The notes under the pieces were generated by a model. That model made no database searches, was not told where the DNA came from, and saw nothing but the letters and a program-made list of their open reading frames with translations. The position numbers were made by a program, and so were the translations under genes. A stretch of 31,718 bases of DNA, taken from assembly GCA_027624995.1 (NCBI GenBank), contig JAQBTI010000001.1, forward strand, positions 1 through 31,718, in the 5' to 3' direction. The stretch comes from Chloroflexota bacterium. Lineage in GTDB: Bacteria; Chloroflexota; Dehalococcoidia; Lucifugimonadales; CATQGZ01. Below, in pieces: positions 1 to 8,748 of the stretch. Every line of letters begins with the position of its first letter. The stretch's first letter is position 1.

Positions 1-512
1 GGACGGCCATGCACTATTGAACGAGCGATCCGGCGCGACGACGGTTCCTCACCGAGCTGGTAGATCAGGTCAGCGATCTCCCGCTCCGAGTAGGTGTTGA
101 CCACCTCGTATGCCGTCAGCTCTTGTGTCGAATCGAACCTCATATCCAGACGAGACTCTCTCTGTATGCTGAATCCTCTGGCCGCAGTTTCTATCTGGAG
201 CGACGAGATCCCCAGATCGAAAAGTACCCCGTCCGCGGGTACGTACCCATGTTCCGACGCGATGGTCTCCAGGTCGGCGTAGCTCCCCGCCACTAAGTGG
301 ACGCGATCGCCGTGCTTTTCCAGCCTCCTCCGAGCCACCCCGAGCGCGTCCGAGTCCAGGTCTATGCCGAGCAACCCGGCCCCTCTCTCGAGGACTGCCA
401 CGGCGTGCCCCGCCTCCCCCACCGTACAATCAACGAACCTGCCCCCCGGGCCAGGCTTGAGCGCCGTTACGACCTCTTGAAGCAGTACCGGCGAATGGTG
501 TGTTTCCACCAT
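1..512 (-). CDS. rsmH: 16S rRNA m4C1402 methyltransferase RsmH (MraW); 5' part only, runs off the window edge
   Basis: Not in the ORF track; translated by hand from ATG 512: MVETHHSPVLLQEVVTALKPGPGGRFVDCTVGEAGHA...GVLFDLGISSLQ...RGFS...LDMRFD...VNTYSEREIADLIYQLGEE...RRIARSI. These are RsmH signature motifs. Confidence 0.93.
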   Translation of the reverse strand, partial: MVETHHSPVLLQEVVTALKPGPGGRFVDCTVGEAGHAVAVLERGAGLLGIDLDSDALGVARRRLEKHGDRVHLVAGSYADLETIASEHGYVPADGVLFDLGISSLQIETAARGFSIQRESRLDMRFDSTQELTAYEVVNTYSEREIADLIYQLGEEPSSRRIARSIVHGR

Positions 513-604
513 TTGGCTGCTCCACTCTCTAACCGAGGTCCATCGGCGGCACTTGCCACCCGTCCTGCACCTTCATAGTTTCCAGGGCCGAACATACCGA
601 CGCG

Positions 605-613
605 TGCTAGAAT
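605..613 (+). promoter_or_regulatory. Extended -10 promoter element TGCTAGAAT, ~115 nt upstream of mog
   Basis: TG-n-TAGAAT in the rsmH/mog divergent intergenic region. Confidence 0.5.
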
Positions 614-728
614 GGACGCGCCGACCGACCTCTAATGTCGGTGCTTGATCGAGTGTCCCAGCTTTACATTCGAGCCGCAAGGTATTTTTGAACTTGTTTG
701 AGACTTTTTCTAGTAAAAGTGTTGACAC

Positions 729-1226
729 ATGTCCGAAAAGTACGCACTCGCCGTCCTGACCATCAGCGACGCCGGATCCAAAGGGGAACGTGAGGATTCG
801 AGCGGTGACGCCATCGTCGAGATCATGACGGGTCAAGGGTTCGACCTGAAGCGGCGAGACATCATACCCGACGAAACGGAGCTCATCTCCACCAGGCTTC
901 GCGAATGGTCGGACTCGGGAGATTTCGCTCTCATACTGACCACTGGGGGCACAGGGCTGGGCCCCAGAGACGTGACTCCTGAGGCCACACGCGCGGTGCT
1001 GGACATTGAAGTCCCAGGTATCGCCGAGGCCATTCGCATTGAGACGCTGAAGAAGACACCCCTATCGATGTTGAGCCGCTCCGTGGCGGGTGTGCGGTCC
1101 GGCTGCCTGATAGTCAACCTTCCGGGAAGTCCTAAGGGGGTAAGGGAGTGTCTTGAGGTTGCGGCCCCCGTACTACCCCACGGGCTGGAGATGATACGCG
1201 GCCGGCGCGGCCATCCGTCTCACTAA
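729..1226 (+). CDS. mog: Molybdopterin adenylyltransferase, Mog/MoaB family
   Basis: LTISD...REDSSG, LILTTGGTGLGPRDVTPEAT, SRSVAGVR, IVNLPGSPKGVRECL motifs. Confidence 0.9.
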   Translation: MSEKYALAVLTISDAGSKGEREDSSGDAIVEIMTGQGFDLKRRDIIPDETELISTRLREWSDSGDFALILTTGGTGLGPRDVTPEATRAVLDIEVPGIAEAIRIETLKKTPLSMLSRSVAGVRSGCLIVNLPGSPKGVRECLEVAAPVLPHGLEMIRGRRGHPSH

Positions 1227-1254
1227 TGCCGGTGCGCAGATGCCTTAGATCGCT

Positions 1255-1278
1255 GTAGGGCGACCTGCAGGGTCGCCC
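1255..1278 (+). repeat. GTAG-type REP-like palindrome
   Basis: GTAGGGCGACC-TGCAG-GGTCGCCC: perfect 8-bp stem with a 5' GTAG, in the mog/trmD intergenic region. Confidence 0.6.
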
Positions 1279-1296
1279 ACCGGAGCCACACACGTC

Positions 1297-2034
1297 ATGC
1301 GATTCCACGTCCTGACCCTATTTCCTTCCATGTTCGATAGCCCCTTTGCCGAGAGCATCATTGCCCGCGCCCGCAAGGAAGGCCTGATCGATATCGAGGT
1401 CCATGACATCCGGGAGCACGCGGACGGGCCCCACCGCTCAGTGGACGACTACGCGTTCGGAGGCGGGCCCGGAATGGTCATGAAGCCGGAGCCGATCTTC
1501 AAAGCTGCCGAGGCGGTCAGATCGTTGAGCAACTTCGCGGAAGATTCGCCGGTAGTCCTGTTGTCGCCGAAGGGCCGAAGGCTAACGCAAAGGGTCGCAG
1601 AAGAGCTGTCCGAACACGAGGAGCTGATGTTGATCTGTGGGCGCTACGAGGGTGTAGACGAGCGGGTCCGTCAGCATCTGGCAACGGACGAGATAAGCAT
1701 CGGCGACTTCGTTCTCAGTGGAGGGGAGCTCGCGGCGATGGTCGTGATCGACTCGGTCTCGCGGCTGGTCCCGGGCGTGGTCGGCTCGATGGAGTCGACT
1801 CAGGACGACTCCTTTACCACCGGCCTCCTCCAGTTTCCCCAATACACCCGCCCGGCGGAGTTCCGTGGATGGCGGGTTCCCGACATCCTCCTGTCCGGAA
1901 ACCACGCCGAGATCGCCCGATGGAGACGCGAGGAGTCGCTACGCACAACGTTCCTGGGCCGCCCTGAGCTACTCGAATCGGCTGATCTGTCCGCCGCAGA
2001 CCGCGCTTTCTTGGAAGAGCTGCGACGGCCGTAA
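1297..2034 (+). CDS. trmD: tRNA (guanine-N1)-methyltransferase TrmD
   Basis: [65 protein letters not shown]. Confidence 0.97.
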   Translation: MRFHVLTLFPSMFDSPFAESIIARARKEGLIDIEVHDIREHADGPHRSVDDYAFGGGPGMVMKPEPIFKAAEAVRSLSNFAEDSPVVLLSPKGRRLTQRVAEELSEHEELMLICGRYEGVDERVRQHLATDEISIGDFVLSGGELAAMVVIDSVSRLVPGVVGSMESTQDDSFTTGLLQFPQYTRPAEFRGWRVPDILLSGNHAEIARWRREESLRTTFLGRPELLESADLSAADRAFLEELRRP

Positions 2035-2138
2035 CCCGGACGCTAATGGCGAATGAGACGGCCACATTGGACCAGCCCTACTTATGCCAACACAGTGACG
2101 ACTCACGCCAGCGGCGCCTTCGTGTAGCCCTCCTTATC

Positions 2139-2147
2139 TGCTATATT
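2139..2147 (+). promoter_or_regulatory. Extended -10 element TGCTATATT for argF, followed by SD GGAGG (2156-2160)
   Basis: Motif, SD and ATG 2165 are in plausible spacing. Confidence 0.55.
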
Positions 2148-2164
2148 CCTCTGGTGGAGGCGAA

Positions 2165-3079
2165 ATGAAGGGCAAGGATTTCTTATCGGTGGCGGACCTC
2201 GAGGCCGAAGAGGTCTCGGCCATGGTCCAGGCCGCCCAGAAGATGAAGAGCGGCGACAGCCCCAGGCCGCTGGAAGGCAAGGTACTGGCGCTGCTATTCG
2301 AAAAGCCGTCGCTCAGGACGAGGGTGAGCTTCGAGGTCGGCATACGCCAGCTCGGCGGCGAGTGCGTTTACCTGAGCAAGGAAGATATCGGGCTTGGCAC
2401 GCGGGAACCCGAGTCTGACATCGCTGGCGTCCTTGACAGGTGGGTGGACGGCATCGTCGCCCGCGTCTTTTCACATCGGAGCCTTCAGATACTGGCCGAG
2501 CGCGCCTCCATCCCCGTGGTCAACGCGCTCTCAGACCTCGAGCATCCCTGCCAGGCAATGGGGGACCTTCTGACGATACACGAGCAAAAAGGACGGCTCG
2601 ACGGCATCAAGGTTGCCTTCGTAGGCGACGGTAACAACATCGCCGCCAGCCTGGGACTCGGTTGCGCTTCGGTCGGAGCCAACTTCACAATCGCGACTCC
2701 CAAGGACTACCAGGTACGCACCGTCGCGTGGGAAGAGGCGGGAAAGCGCGCGGCCCGCAGCGAGTCGAGACTGGAGTGGGTGGAGGACCCTCGCGACGCG
2801 GTCCGAGACGCGGATGTGGTCTACACCGACGTCTGGGTAAGCATGGGCGATGAGTCCGAGCGAGAAGAGCGGCTGCGCGCGTTCGCCGGGTACCAGGTAG
2901 ACGAAGAGCTATTCGCGAGGGCCAAAGGAGACGCCGTCTTCATGCACGACATGCCGGCCCACCGCGGCGAAGAGGTGTCCGAGGGCATGCTGGAGCACCC
3001 GCGCTCCGTGGTCTTCGACCAGGCCGAGAACCGCCTTCACGCTCAAAAGGCCATCCTGGCTGCGCTGTTCGCGGAGTAG
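2165..3079 (+). CDS. argF: Ornithine carbamoyltransferase
   Basis: FEKPSLRTRVSFE carbamoyl-phosphate motif, HPCQ, YTDVWVSMG, and FMHDMPAHRGEEV (HCLP variant), FDQAENRLHAQKA. Confidence 0.92.
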   Translation: MKGKDFLSVADLEAEEVSAMVQAAQKMKSGDSPRPLEGKVLALLFEKPSLRTRVSFEVGIRQLGGECVYLSKEDIGLGTREPESDIAGVLDRWVDGIVARVFSHRSLQILAERASIPVVNALSDLEHPCQAMGDLLTIHEQKGRLDGIKVAFVGDGNNIAASLGLGCASVGANFTIATPKDYQVRTVAWEEAGKRAARSESRLEWVEDPRDAVRDADVVYTDVWVSMGDESEREERLRAFAGYQVDEELFARAKGDAVFMHDMPAHRGEEVSEGMLEHPRSVVFDQAENRLHAQKAILAALFAE

Positions 3080-3139
3080 AATGTGGGAAATCCGGGGGCT
3101 GACAAGGTCGAGCATCGTGGCATAGCCAAGAGGTCCAGT

Positions 3140-3412
3140 GTGTTCAAGAAGGCGCTGGTCCCTATAGACACCGACGACCTTACCCGGTCCGGTGCTATCT
3201 ACCGTTTGTCTGCCGCCTGTGCCGCGACCTGGACTCGAAGATCGTCCTGGCATCCATGGTCGAGCCGAGCGAATGGACCGGCGACCGGAAGACTCGCGCT
3301 GCGGCGGTCATTGAGCCGGAGGACGAGCTGGTCAAGGCCGACCACGTGACACTGAAGGTCACCGGCGAAGCAGCGCCCCTTGAAGAAGAGGCCGTCCGGC
3401 CTCTGGTCCCCT
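3140..3412 (+). pseudogene. Universal stress protein (USP) N-terminal remnant with 1-bp frameshift
   Basis: SD AAGAGG + GTG 3140 gives MFKKALVPIDTDD...GAI. Restoring one C at ~3199 continues as LPFVCRLCRDLDSKIVLASMVEP, paralogous to QILPFVRLIA at ~5580. The USP C-terminal GSV motif is absent. The end point is approximate. Confidence 0.6.
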
Positions 3413-3607
3413 GGATTGACTATGTCCCTCTTCGTCACGGGGCTCGCCTTCACCGACCCGGACCTGGCGTCCGAGGCCAAGCTCGGCATACTGGTCGCCT
3501 CGCTGGTCTCGGGCGTCGCGGGCTGGGCCGTCCTCGGAGGTCTCGATATCCTGCGTTCGTCGGTCAGGCTCCCCGGGCTAGGAAGGTCCGGCTACCCCGG
3601 CACATGA
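3413..3607 (+). pseudogene. nhaA: Na+/H+ antiporter NhaA C-terminal remnant (last two TM helices only)
   Basis: GLTMSLFVTGLAFTDPDLASEAKLGILVASLVSGVAGWAVL matches the NhaA GIGFTMSxF...AKLGILxGS signature. No upstream NhaA sequence is present. Confidence 0.8.
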
Positions 3608-3620
3608 TTGGAGGTTAGTC

Positions 3621-4688
3621 ATGCCATTCAATGCCTTTTACCTGACCCCGGGAGGGGAGCTACAGCGTGAATTATCAGAAGAACAGGTCAGCGCCGCGTT
3701 CAAGTCCAACGAGGGCGTATTGTGGGTCGACATCTCCGACACCAACGAAGACGATGGGAGGTTCCTAAGCCGGGTGTTCGGCTTCCATCCGCTTACCATA
3801 GAGGACTGCGTCGACCCCAATATCCACACGCCTAAGGCGGATGAATACGAGGACTATTTGTTCATGATTCTCAGGGGAATCGACTATACCGCCGAGGCTG
3901 AGATCGTCCAGACGACGGAGCTGGACCTGGTCCTGGGACGTCACTACGTAGTCAGTACCCACAACATCTTCCTCCACAGTATCGAAGGGGTAATGAAGCG
4001 AGTCCTGACGGACGGGGGGCCCATGAAGAGCGGCCCGGTTTTCCTGGCCCACGCACTAATTGATGCCCTGGTAGAAAACATCACCCCAACAATCGAGCGC
4101 TTAGGAGAAAGAGTGGACGATGTCGAGGACGAGATCCTGCGTCGTCCCCATCCGTCCGCTCTAGAAGCGATCCTGGCCCTCAAGAGGTCGAGCCTGCGAC
4201 TGAGGCGAGCGCTTGTGCCTCAGCGTGAAATGCTCAGTCGGGCTAGCAGACGAGAGTTTGCCCAGATCAGCGGAGACGCCCAGCGCTACTTCAGGGACGT
4301 ATACGACGACGTTCTGCGGATAGAGGGGTCCAACGAGGCCTTGAGGGAGAGGGCCGACAACGCCCTGACGATGCACCTGACGGCCGTGGCGAACCAGCAG
4401 AACGAGACGATGAGGGTGCTCTCCGTTGTCGCCACCATCTTCCTGCCGCTCACCCTGCTCGCCGGCATCTACGGCATGAACTTCGAAAACATGCCCGAGC
4501 TGGCATGGTCCTGGGGATACTTTGCGGTCCTTGGCTTCATGGCTGCCGTCATTGTTGGAGTGCTGTGGTGGTTCTGGGTACGACGGTGGATGGGGATGGG
4601 GGCCAAGCGGTTGGGCCGGTTCGTGCCGACCGCGGTTGACCCCGGGAGATTGGCAACCTATCTTGGGTACGTTCCCAGGCCGAGGTAG
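3621..4688 (+). CDS. corA: CorA family Mg2+/Co2+ transporter
   Basis: VLWVDI, FGFHPLTIEDC, NETMRVLSVVATIFLPLTLLAGIYGMNFENMPELAWSWGY (GMN motif); SD GGAGG upstream. Confidence 0.95.
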   Translation: MPFNAFYLTPGGELQRELSEEQVSAAFKSNEGVLWVDISDTNEDDGRFLSRVFGFHPLTIEDCVDPNIHTPKADEYEDYLFMILRGIDYTAEAEIVQTTELDLVLGRHYVVSTHNIFLHSIEGVMKRVLTDGGPMKSGPVFLAHALIDALVENITPTIERLGERVDDVEDEILRRPHPSALEAILALKRSSLRLRRALVPQREMLSRASRREFAQISGDAQRYFRDVYDDVLRIEGSNEALRERADNALTMHLTAVANQQNETMRVLSVVATIFLPLTLLAGIYGMNFENMPELAWSWGYFAVLGFMAAVIVGVLWWFWVRRWMGMGAKRLGRFVPTAVDPGRLATYLGYVPRPR

Positions 4689-4720
4689 CCAATGGGCACT
4701 TTGAGCCGGAGAGGTCTGTC

Positions 4721-5452
4721 ATGAAAGTCCTCGGCGATCCAAGCCACGGTGATCATATCCGTCGAGAAGAGATGCTCGTGCGAATCGAGCGACTCACGGA
4801 GCTGCCTCTTCTCGTGCTGTCGTTCGTCATGGTCCCATTGCTACTCGGCCCTTTGTTGTGGGACCTGTCACCGGAGACCGAAACGACCTACGTCGCCCTG
4901 GACGCCTTTGTCTGGGCGTTATTCGCCATCGACCTTATCGCGAAGATCGCCATCGCTCCACAAAAGCTCGCCTACATGAGAGCTCACTGGCTCGAGGTGG
5001 TGATCGTAGCCGTACCCTTCGCAAGGCCTCTAAGGCTGCTTCGGCTGTTCGTCTTCGGTTCGCGGGCCTTCAGGGGCGCCCGCAGGCTCACCAATGTCGA
5101 CTTCCTGCTGGTCTACGCCATCGGGCTGATCGTCGTGGCGGCAACCGCGGTAACCTCGTTCGAGGTGGGGCACAATTCCACAATAAACTCGTTCCAGGAC
5201 GCCATGTGGTGGGCCACCGTAACCGTGACAACCGTGGGCTACGGGGACATGGTGCCAATCACGGTGCCCGGCAGGGCGGTGGCCTTCGTCCTCATGATAG
5301 GCGGGATAGGCCTTTTCGGCGGGCTCACGGCCAATCTGGCGTCCGTGCTCGTGAAGGCCGAGGACCCCAGCAAGGCCACCCTGGAGCATCTCGTTGCAGA
5401 GATACAGGGACTCCGAAGAGAGGTCGCCGAACTGCGCGGCGCTCTCCGATGA
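4721..5452 (+). CDS. Voltage-gated potassium channel (6TM, compact voltage sensor, C-terminal coiled coil)
   Basis: S4-like ARPLRLLRLF, pore WWATVTVTTVGYGDMVP, inner helix MIGGIGLFGGLTANLAS, coiled-coil-like LEHLVAEIQGLRREVAELR. Confidence 0.9.
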   Translation: MKVLGDPSHGDHIRREEMLVRIERLTELPLLVLSFVMVPLLLGPLLWDLSPETETTYVALDAFVWALFAIDLIAKIAIAPQKLAYMRAHWLEVVIVAVPFARPLRLLRLFVFGSRAFRGARRLTNVDFLLVYAIGLIVVAATAVTSFEVGHNSTINSFQDAMWWATVTVTTVGYGDMVPITVPGRAVAFVLMIGGIGLFGGLTANLASVLVKAEDPSKATLEHLVAEIQGLRREVAELRGALR

Positions 5453-5531
5453 TTCCTTGGGCGGCGTGCCCAGCGGGAAACATCTCCTGACGAGCAACCT
5501 AACCGAGCAACTACAATCAAGGAGGCATACA

Positions 5532-6450
5532 TTGTACGAGCGTATCTTGGTGCCACTCGACGGTTCAGGCCTTTCAGAGCAGATACTTCCCTTCGTCAGG
5601 CTAATCGCGCCCGCGATAAATGCCAAGGTCGATCTCCTACATGTCTTGACCTCCGTGGCGCTTCCACCATTGGACCCCACGGAACTCACGGACCAGTTGC
5701 TCCTCGAAGACATGACCGACGACTACAGAGACAGCTTCATACAGTACCTGGAGAAGCTGTCGGAGCCACTACGAGCGCACGGGCTGGACGTGCCGTACAA
5801 GGTGGCGGAAGGCAACGTCGCCGGAGCCATCGTCGATGAGGCCGATGGGCGCTCCTGCAACCCTGACGGCGATGACTACTCACGGTCTCTCCGGCATCTC
5901 CCGGTGGCTGATGGGGAGTGTGACCGATAAGGTGGTCCAGTCGGCCACCAGCCCGGTCCTTGTATACCGCGCCCACACCGAGCGGCAAGAGGAGGAGTAC
6001 CGGCTGAGCTCTATCCTCGTGCCACTCGATGGATCAAAGCTATCAGAGGAGATTCTGCCAACGGCGGCTTTCCTTGCACAGGCCTTGAAGCTGGAGATCA
6101 TACTTGTGATGGCCACACCGACGGCGAGCTATCTGGCGCAAGGGCTTGAGATACCGTCCCAGGTAGACATCTTCTTTGAAGACCTTAGCAAGCAGAGTTC
6201 GGAATACCTGGAAGGCGTCCAGCAGCGCCTTTCGGAGCTAGGCCTTTCATCGGTAAGTGTTCACACTTCCATGGGGCGTGCGGCGAGGGTGATAATTGAG
6301 ACGGCCAGAAGCAGGACTGATAATATGGTGGTCATGACGACTCATGGACGGTCCGGTCTGAAGCGCTGGGCCATGGGCAGTGTTACCGACCAGGTGGTGC
6401 GCCACTGCGGGGACCCTGTACTTGTCCTAAGGCCTAGCGGCGACCGGTAG
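5532..6450 (+). pseudogene. Tandem-domain universal stress protein, split by a +1 frameshift at ~5847-5850
   Basis: SD AAGGAGG + TTG 5532 gives MYERILVPLDGS...VAEGNVAGAIVDEADG. The other frame continues APATLTAMTTHGLSGISRWLMGSVTDKVV...SILVPLDGS...MTTHGRSGLKRWAMGSVTDQVV. Removing one G from GGG (5847-5849) joins the two. Confidence 0.85.
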
Positions 6451-6546
6451 ACCAATGGACCCCCGTCAGACATCGGGAAAACCGATGCGAACGCAGACGC
6501 CCCAAGTCCAGCGCCGACCTAGCTGTCGCGCGGAGATGCCGTTGCC

Positions 6547-8610
6547 ATGACTATAATGTTGCGGCTATTTCAGCCAAAGAACACCCTGACCGAGGAGGAG
6601 ACGCAGCAAGGACTGCGGGGTCTGACCCGGCAGATGGTCATCGCGTCGGGCGCGGACGGCCTCGTATCGGGAGGGTTCCTAACGGCCTTTGCGCTGATCC
6701 TCGGCGCCTCCAACTTCCACATAGGGATAATGATGGCGGTCCCCTTCCTGGTCCAGCCGCTACAGATACTGATCGTCGTGTTGATCGAGCGGGTCAGGAT
6801 GCGCAAGGTCATCGCCGTTTCTTCGTATTTTGTCGTGTATGCGTCCTGGGCGCCGATCGCCGTCATTCCGTTCGTTCTGGAAGTGCCTAACGCCGGCGCT
6901 GTGAGCGTGCTTCTCTTCTTTGTCGCGGTGAGAGGTGTGGCCAGCGCCAGCCTGAATACCAGTTGGAACGGATGGCTCAGGGATATCGTTCCTCAAGAGA
7001 TACTGGGCAAGTTCTTCGCCGACCGCACTCGGACGGCAACCATTGCAGCGGCGATCGTAGGCATGGGGGCCGCTCTCTTTATCGACCTGTGGAAGGGCCA
7101 GGTCAGCCCGGAGAACGTCGTGTTCGGCTATTCGCTGGCGATACTGTTCGGCAGCATGATTATGGGTATGGCTGCGGTAGGAGCGATGGCCACCATTCCT
7201 GAGCTGCGGATGCCGACCCTTCAGGGCCCGCGGCCGTCGGCGCTGAAAACTCTCAGCGCACCTTTGAAGGACAGGAACTTCAGACAGCTCGTCAACTTCC
7301 TGTTCCTGTTTCACGTGGCCGCACATATGGCGGTGCCATTCTTCGCCGTCTACATGCTCACGAGACTGGATATGTCGCTCACCGCGGTGGTCGGCCTGGG
7401 CGTTCTCAGTCAGGTCGCGACGGTCTTGTTCCTCCGAGTCTGGGGGCCAATCATCGACCGGTACGGCAGCAAGGCGGTCCTCTCGGTTAACTCGGCCCTA
7501 TACTTCATAGTTATTCTCGGCTGGGCCTTTACGACAATGCCGGAGAAACACGTCCTGACCTTTCCGCTTCTCGTGTTCCTCCACCTACTGATCGGAATCG
7601 CGAATGCGGGAGTCGGAGTCGGGATGACCGCCATGCGGCTCAAGATGACACCGCAGGCCCAGTCGACCTCCTACATGATGGTTTCGTCGGTGGCCATCAA
7701 TCTAGGGGCAGGGATCAGTCCTCTGCTGGGAGGCGCGTTCGCCGACTTCTTTAGCGTTAGGCAGTTCAAGATCAGCATCGAGTGGATAGACCCGACCCGT
7801 ACCGTCGATCTCCCCGCCTTCTTCCTCACCGGCTACGACTTTCTGTTTGGGCTGGCCTTCATAGTCGGGCTGTTCACATTGGCGGTGCTAGCCGGTGTTC
7901 GAGAAGAGGGAGAGGCGGAGGCCCAGGAGGTCATGGACGATCTGATGGTCCGCACGAGAGACAACCTGAGGGCCCTCAGCGCCGTGCCCGGACTGGGCCT
8001 CATGGCCCACTTTCCGCTGACGACTCTGCGGCGCCTGCACGGGATCCCGGGCCTCGACGTGGCCGTCGGGGTTACGGCATACCAGTTGGCGTCGTCGTTG
8101 AATACTGCCGTAACGGCGGCGTCTCGTGGCGTCGAGAGCGTATCTGACGTCGCGCAGCATGTGAGTAGTGCGGTATCGGAGGCCATAGGCCAGTTGGAAG
8201 AGCTCGGCACGCATGGGATTGAGGCATCTCGGGAGCTTTCGAGGGAGGCCATCCGGACGATAGACGGGGCCAGCCTCAACGTTGAGCGCCTCGCAAGGGG
8301 AGTGGTTTCCGGGACACTTCACGCGCTCGCCAATGCTAACCTGGACCCGCTGGAGGCGGTCTTTGGGGTTGCCGAGGGCGCCATTATCGGCGCTGGCGAA
8401 ATAGGCGCCGATCTGGAAGAAGCCGTTCAGGATGTAGTTAAGGGGGCCCGTGAGGCGGCCAGCGGCCTGGGGCTGTCTGAGGAGGAGGCCGAGGCCCAAG
8501 CGTCAAAGGGGGTTGTCGAGGCGACGGGCGCCCTCAGTCCGGAGCAGGCCACACAGGTCCGCAAGGCCCTAGTGGAGACACTGGTGGACGAAGGAGAGAC
8601 GCCGGAGTAG
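6547..8610 (+). CDS. MFS transporter with ~230-aa extra C-terminal helical-repeat domain
   Basis: About 12 hydrophobic segments in two halves over the first ~455 aa (GPIIDRYGSKAVL loop motif), followed by a soluble Ala/Glu/Gly-rich tail. Confidence 0.8.
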   Translation: MTIMLRLFQPKNTLTEEETQQGLRGLTRQMVIASGADGLVSGGFLTAFALILGASNFHIGIMMAVPFLVQPLQILIVVLIERVRMRKVIAVSSYFVVYASWAPIAVIPFVLEVPNAGAVSVLLFFVAVRGVASASLNTSWNGWLRDIVPQEILGKFFADRTRTATIAAAIVGMGAALFIDLWKGQVSPENVVFGYSLAILFGSMIMGMAAVGAMATIPELRMPTLQGPRPSALKTLSAPLKDRNFRQLVNFLFLFHVAAHMAVPFFAVYMLTRLDMSLTAVVGLGVLSQVATVLFLRVWGPIIDRYGSKAVLSVNSALYFIVILGWAFTTMPEKHVLTFPLLVFLHLLIGIANAGVGVGMTAMRLKMTPQAQSTSYMMVSSVAINLGAGISPLLGGAFADFFSVRQFKISIEWIDPTRTVDLPAFFLTGYDFLFGLAFIVGLFTLAVLAGVREEGEAEAQEVMDDLMVRTRDNLRALSAVPGLGLMAHFPLTTLRRLHGIPGLDVAVGVTAYQLASSLNTAVTAASRGVESVSDVAQHVSSAVSEAIGQLEELGTHGIEASRELSREAIRTIDGASLNVERLARGVVSGTLHALANANLDPLEAVFGVAEGAIIGAGEIGADLEEAVQDVVKGAREAASGLGLSEEEAEAQASKGVVEATGALSPEQATQVRKALVETLVDEGETPE
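8170..8565 (+). repeat. Six contiguous 22-aa protein-level repeats in the MFS C-terminal tail
   Basis: AVSEAIGQLEELGTHGIEASRE / LSREAIRTIDGASLNVERLARG / VVSGTLHALANANLDPLEAVFG / VAEGAIIGAGEIGADLEEAVQD / VVKGAREAASGLGLSEEEAEAQ / ASKGVVEATGALSPEQATQVRK. Confidence 0.65.
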
Positions 8611-8748
8611 ACCCAATTTGAGGTGCTGATCGCCGCCGTCCTGTAAATCTCAGACTCGTCTTATGGAAAAATCGCACACAGTGTCTACTAGCCATTCAGG
8701 TTCTTCACGAACTTCGTTTTTGATTCGATTCCCGAAGGGAACCCAGTA

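Noticed and set aside
513-600. mraZ or its remnant upstream of rsmH
   Set aside because: A short MFGPG... frame exists but lacks MraZ motifs (e.g. D.KGR).
614-728. Moco/Tuco riboswitch upstream of mog
   Set aside because: I could not find the characteristic conserved motif elements; kept only as a generic structured-leader candidate.
8707-8741. Short palindromes ACGAACTTCGT and TTCCCGAAGGGAA upstream of der
   Set aside because: Only 5-bp arms, expected by chance; no second evidence for an operator.
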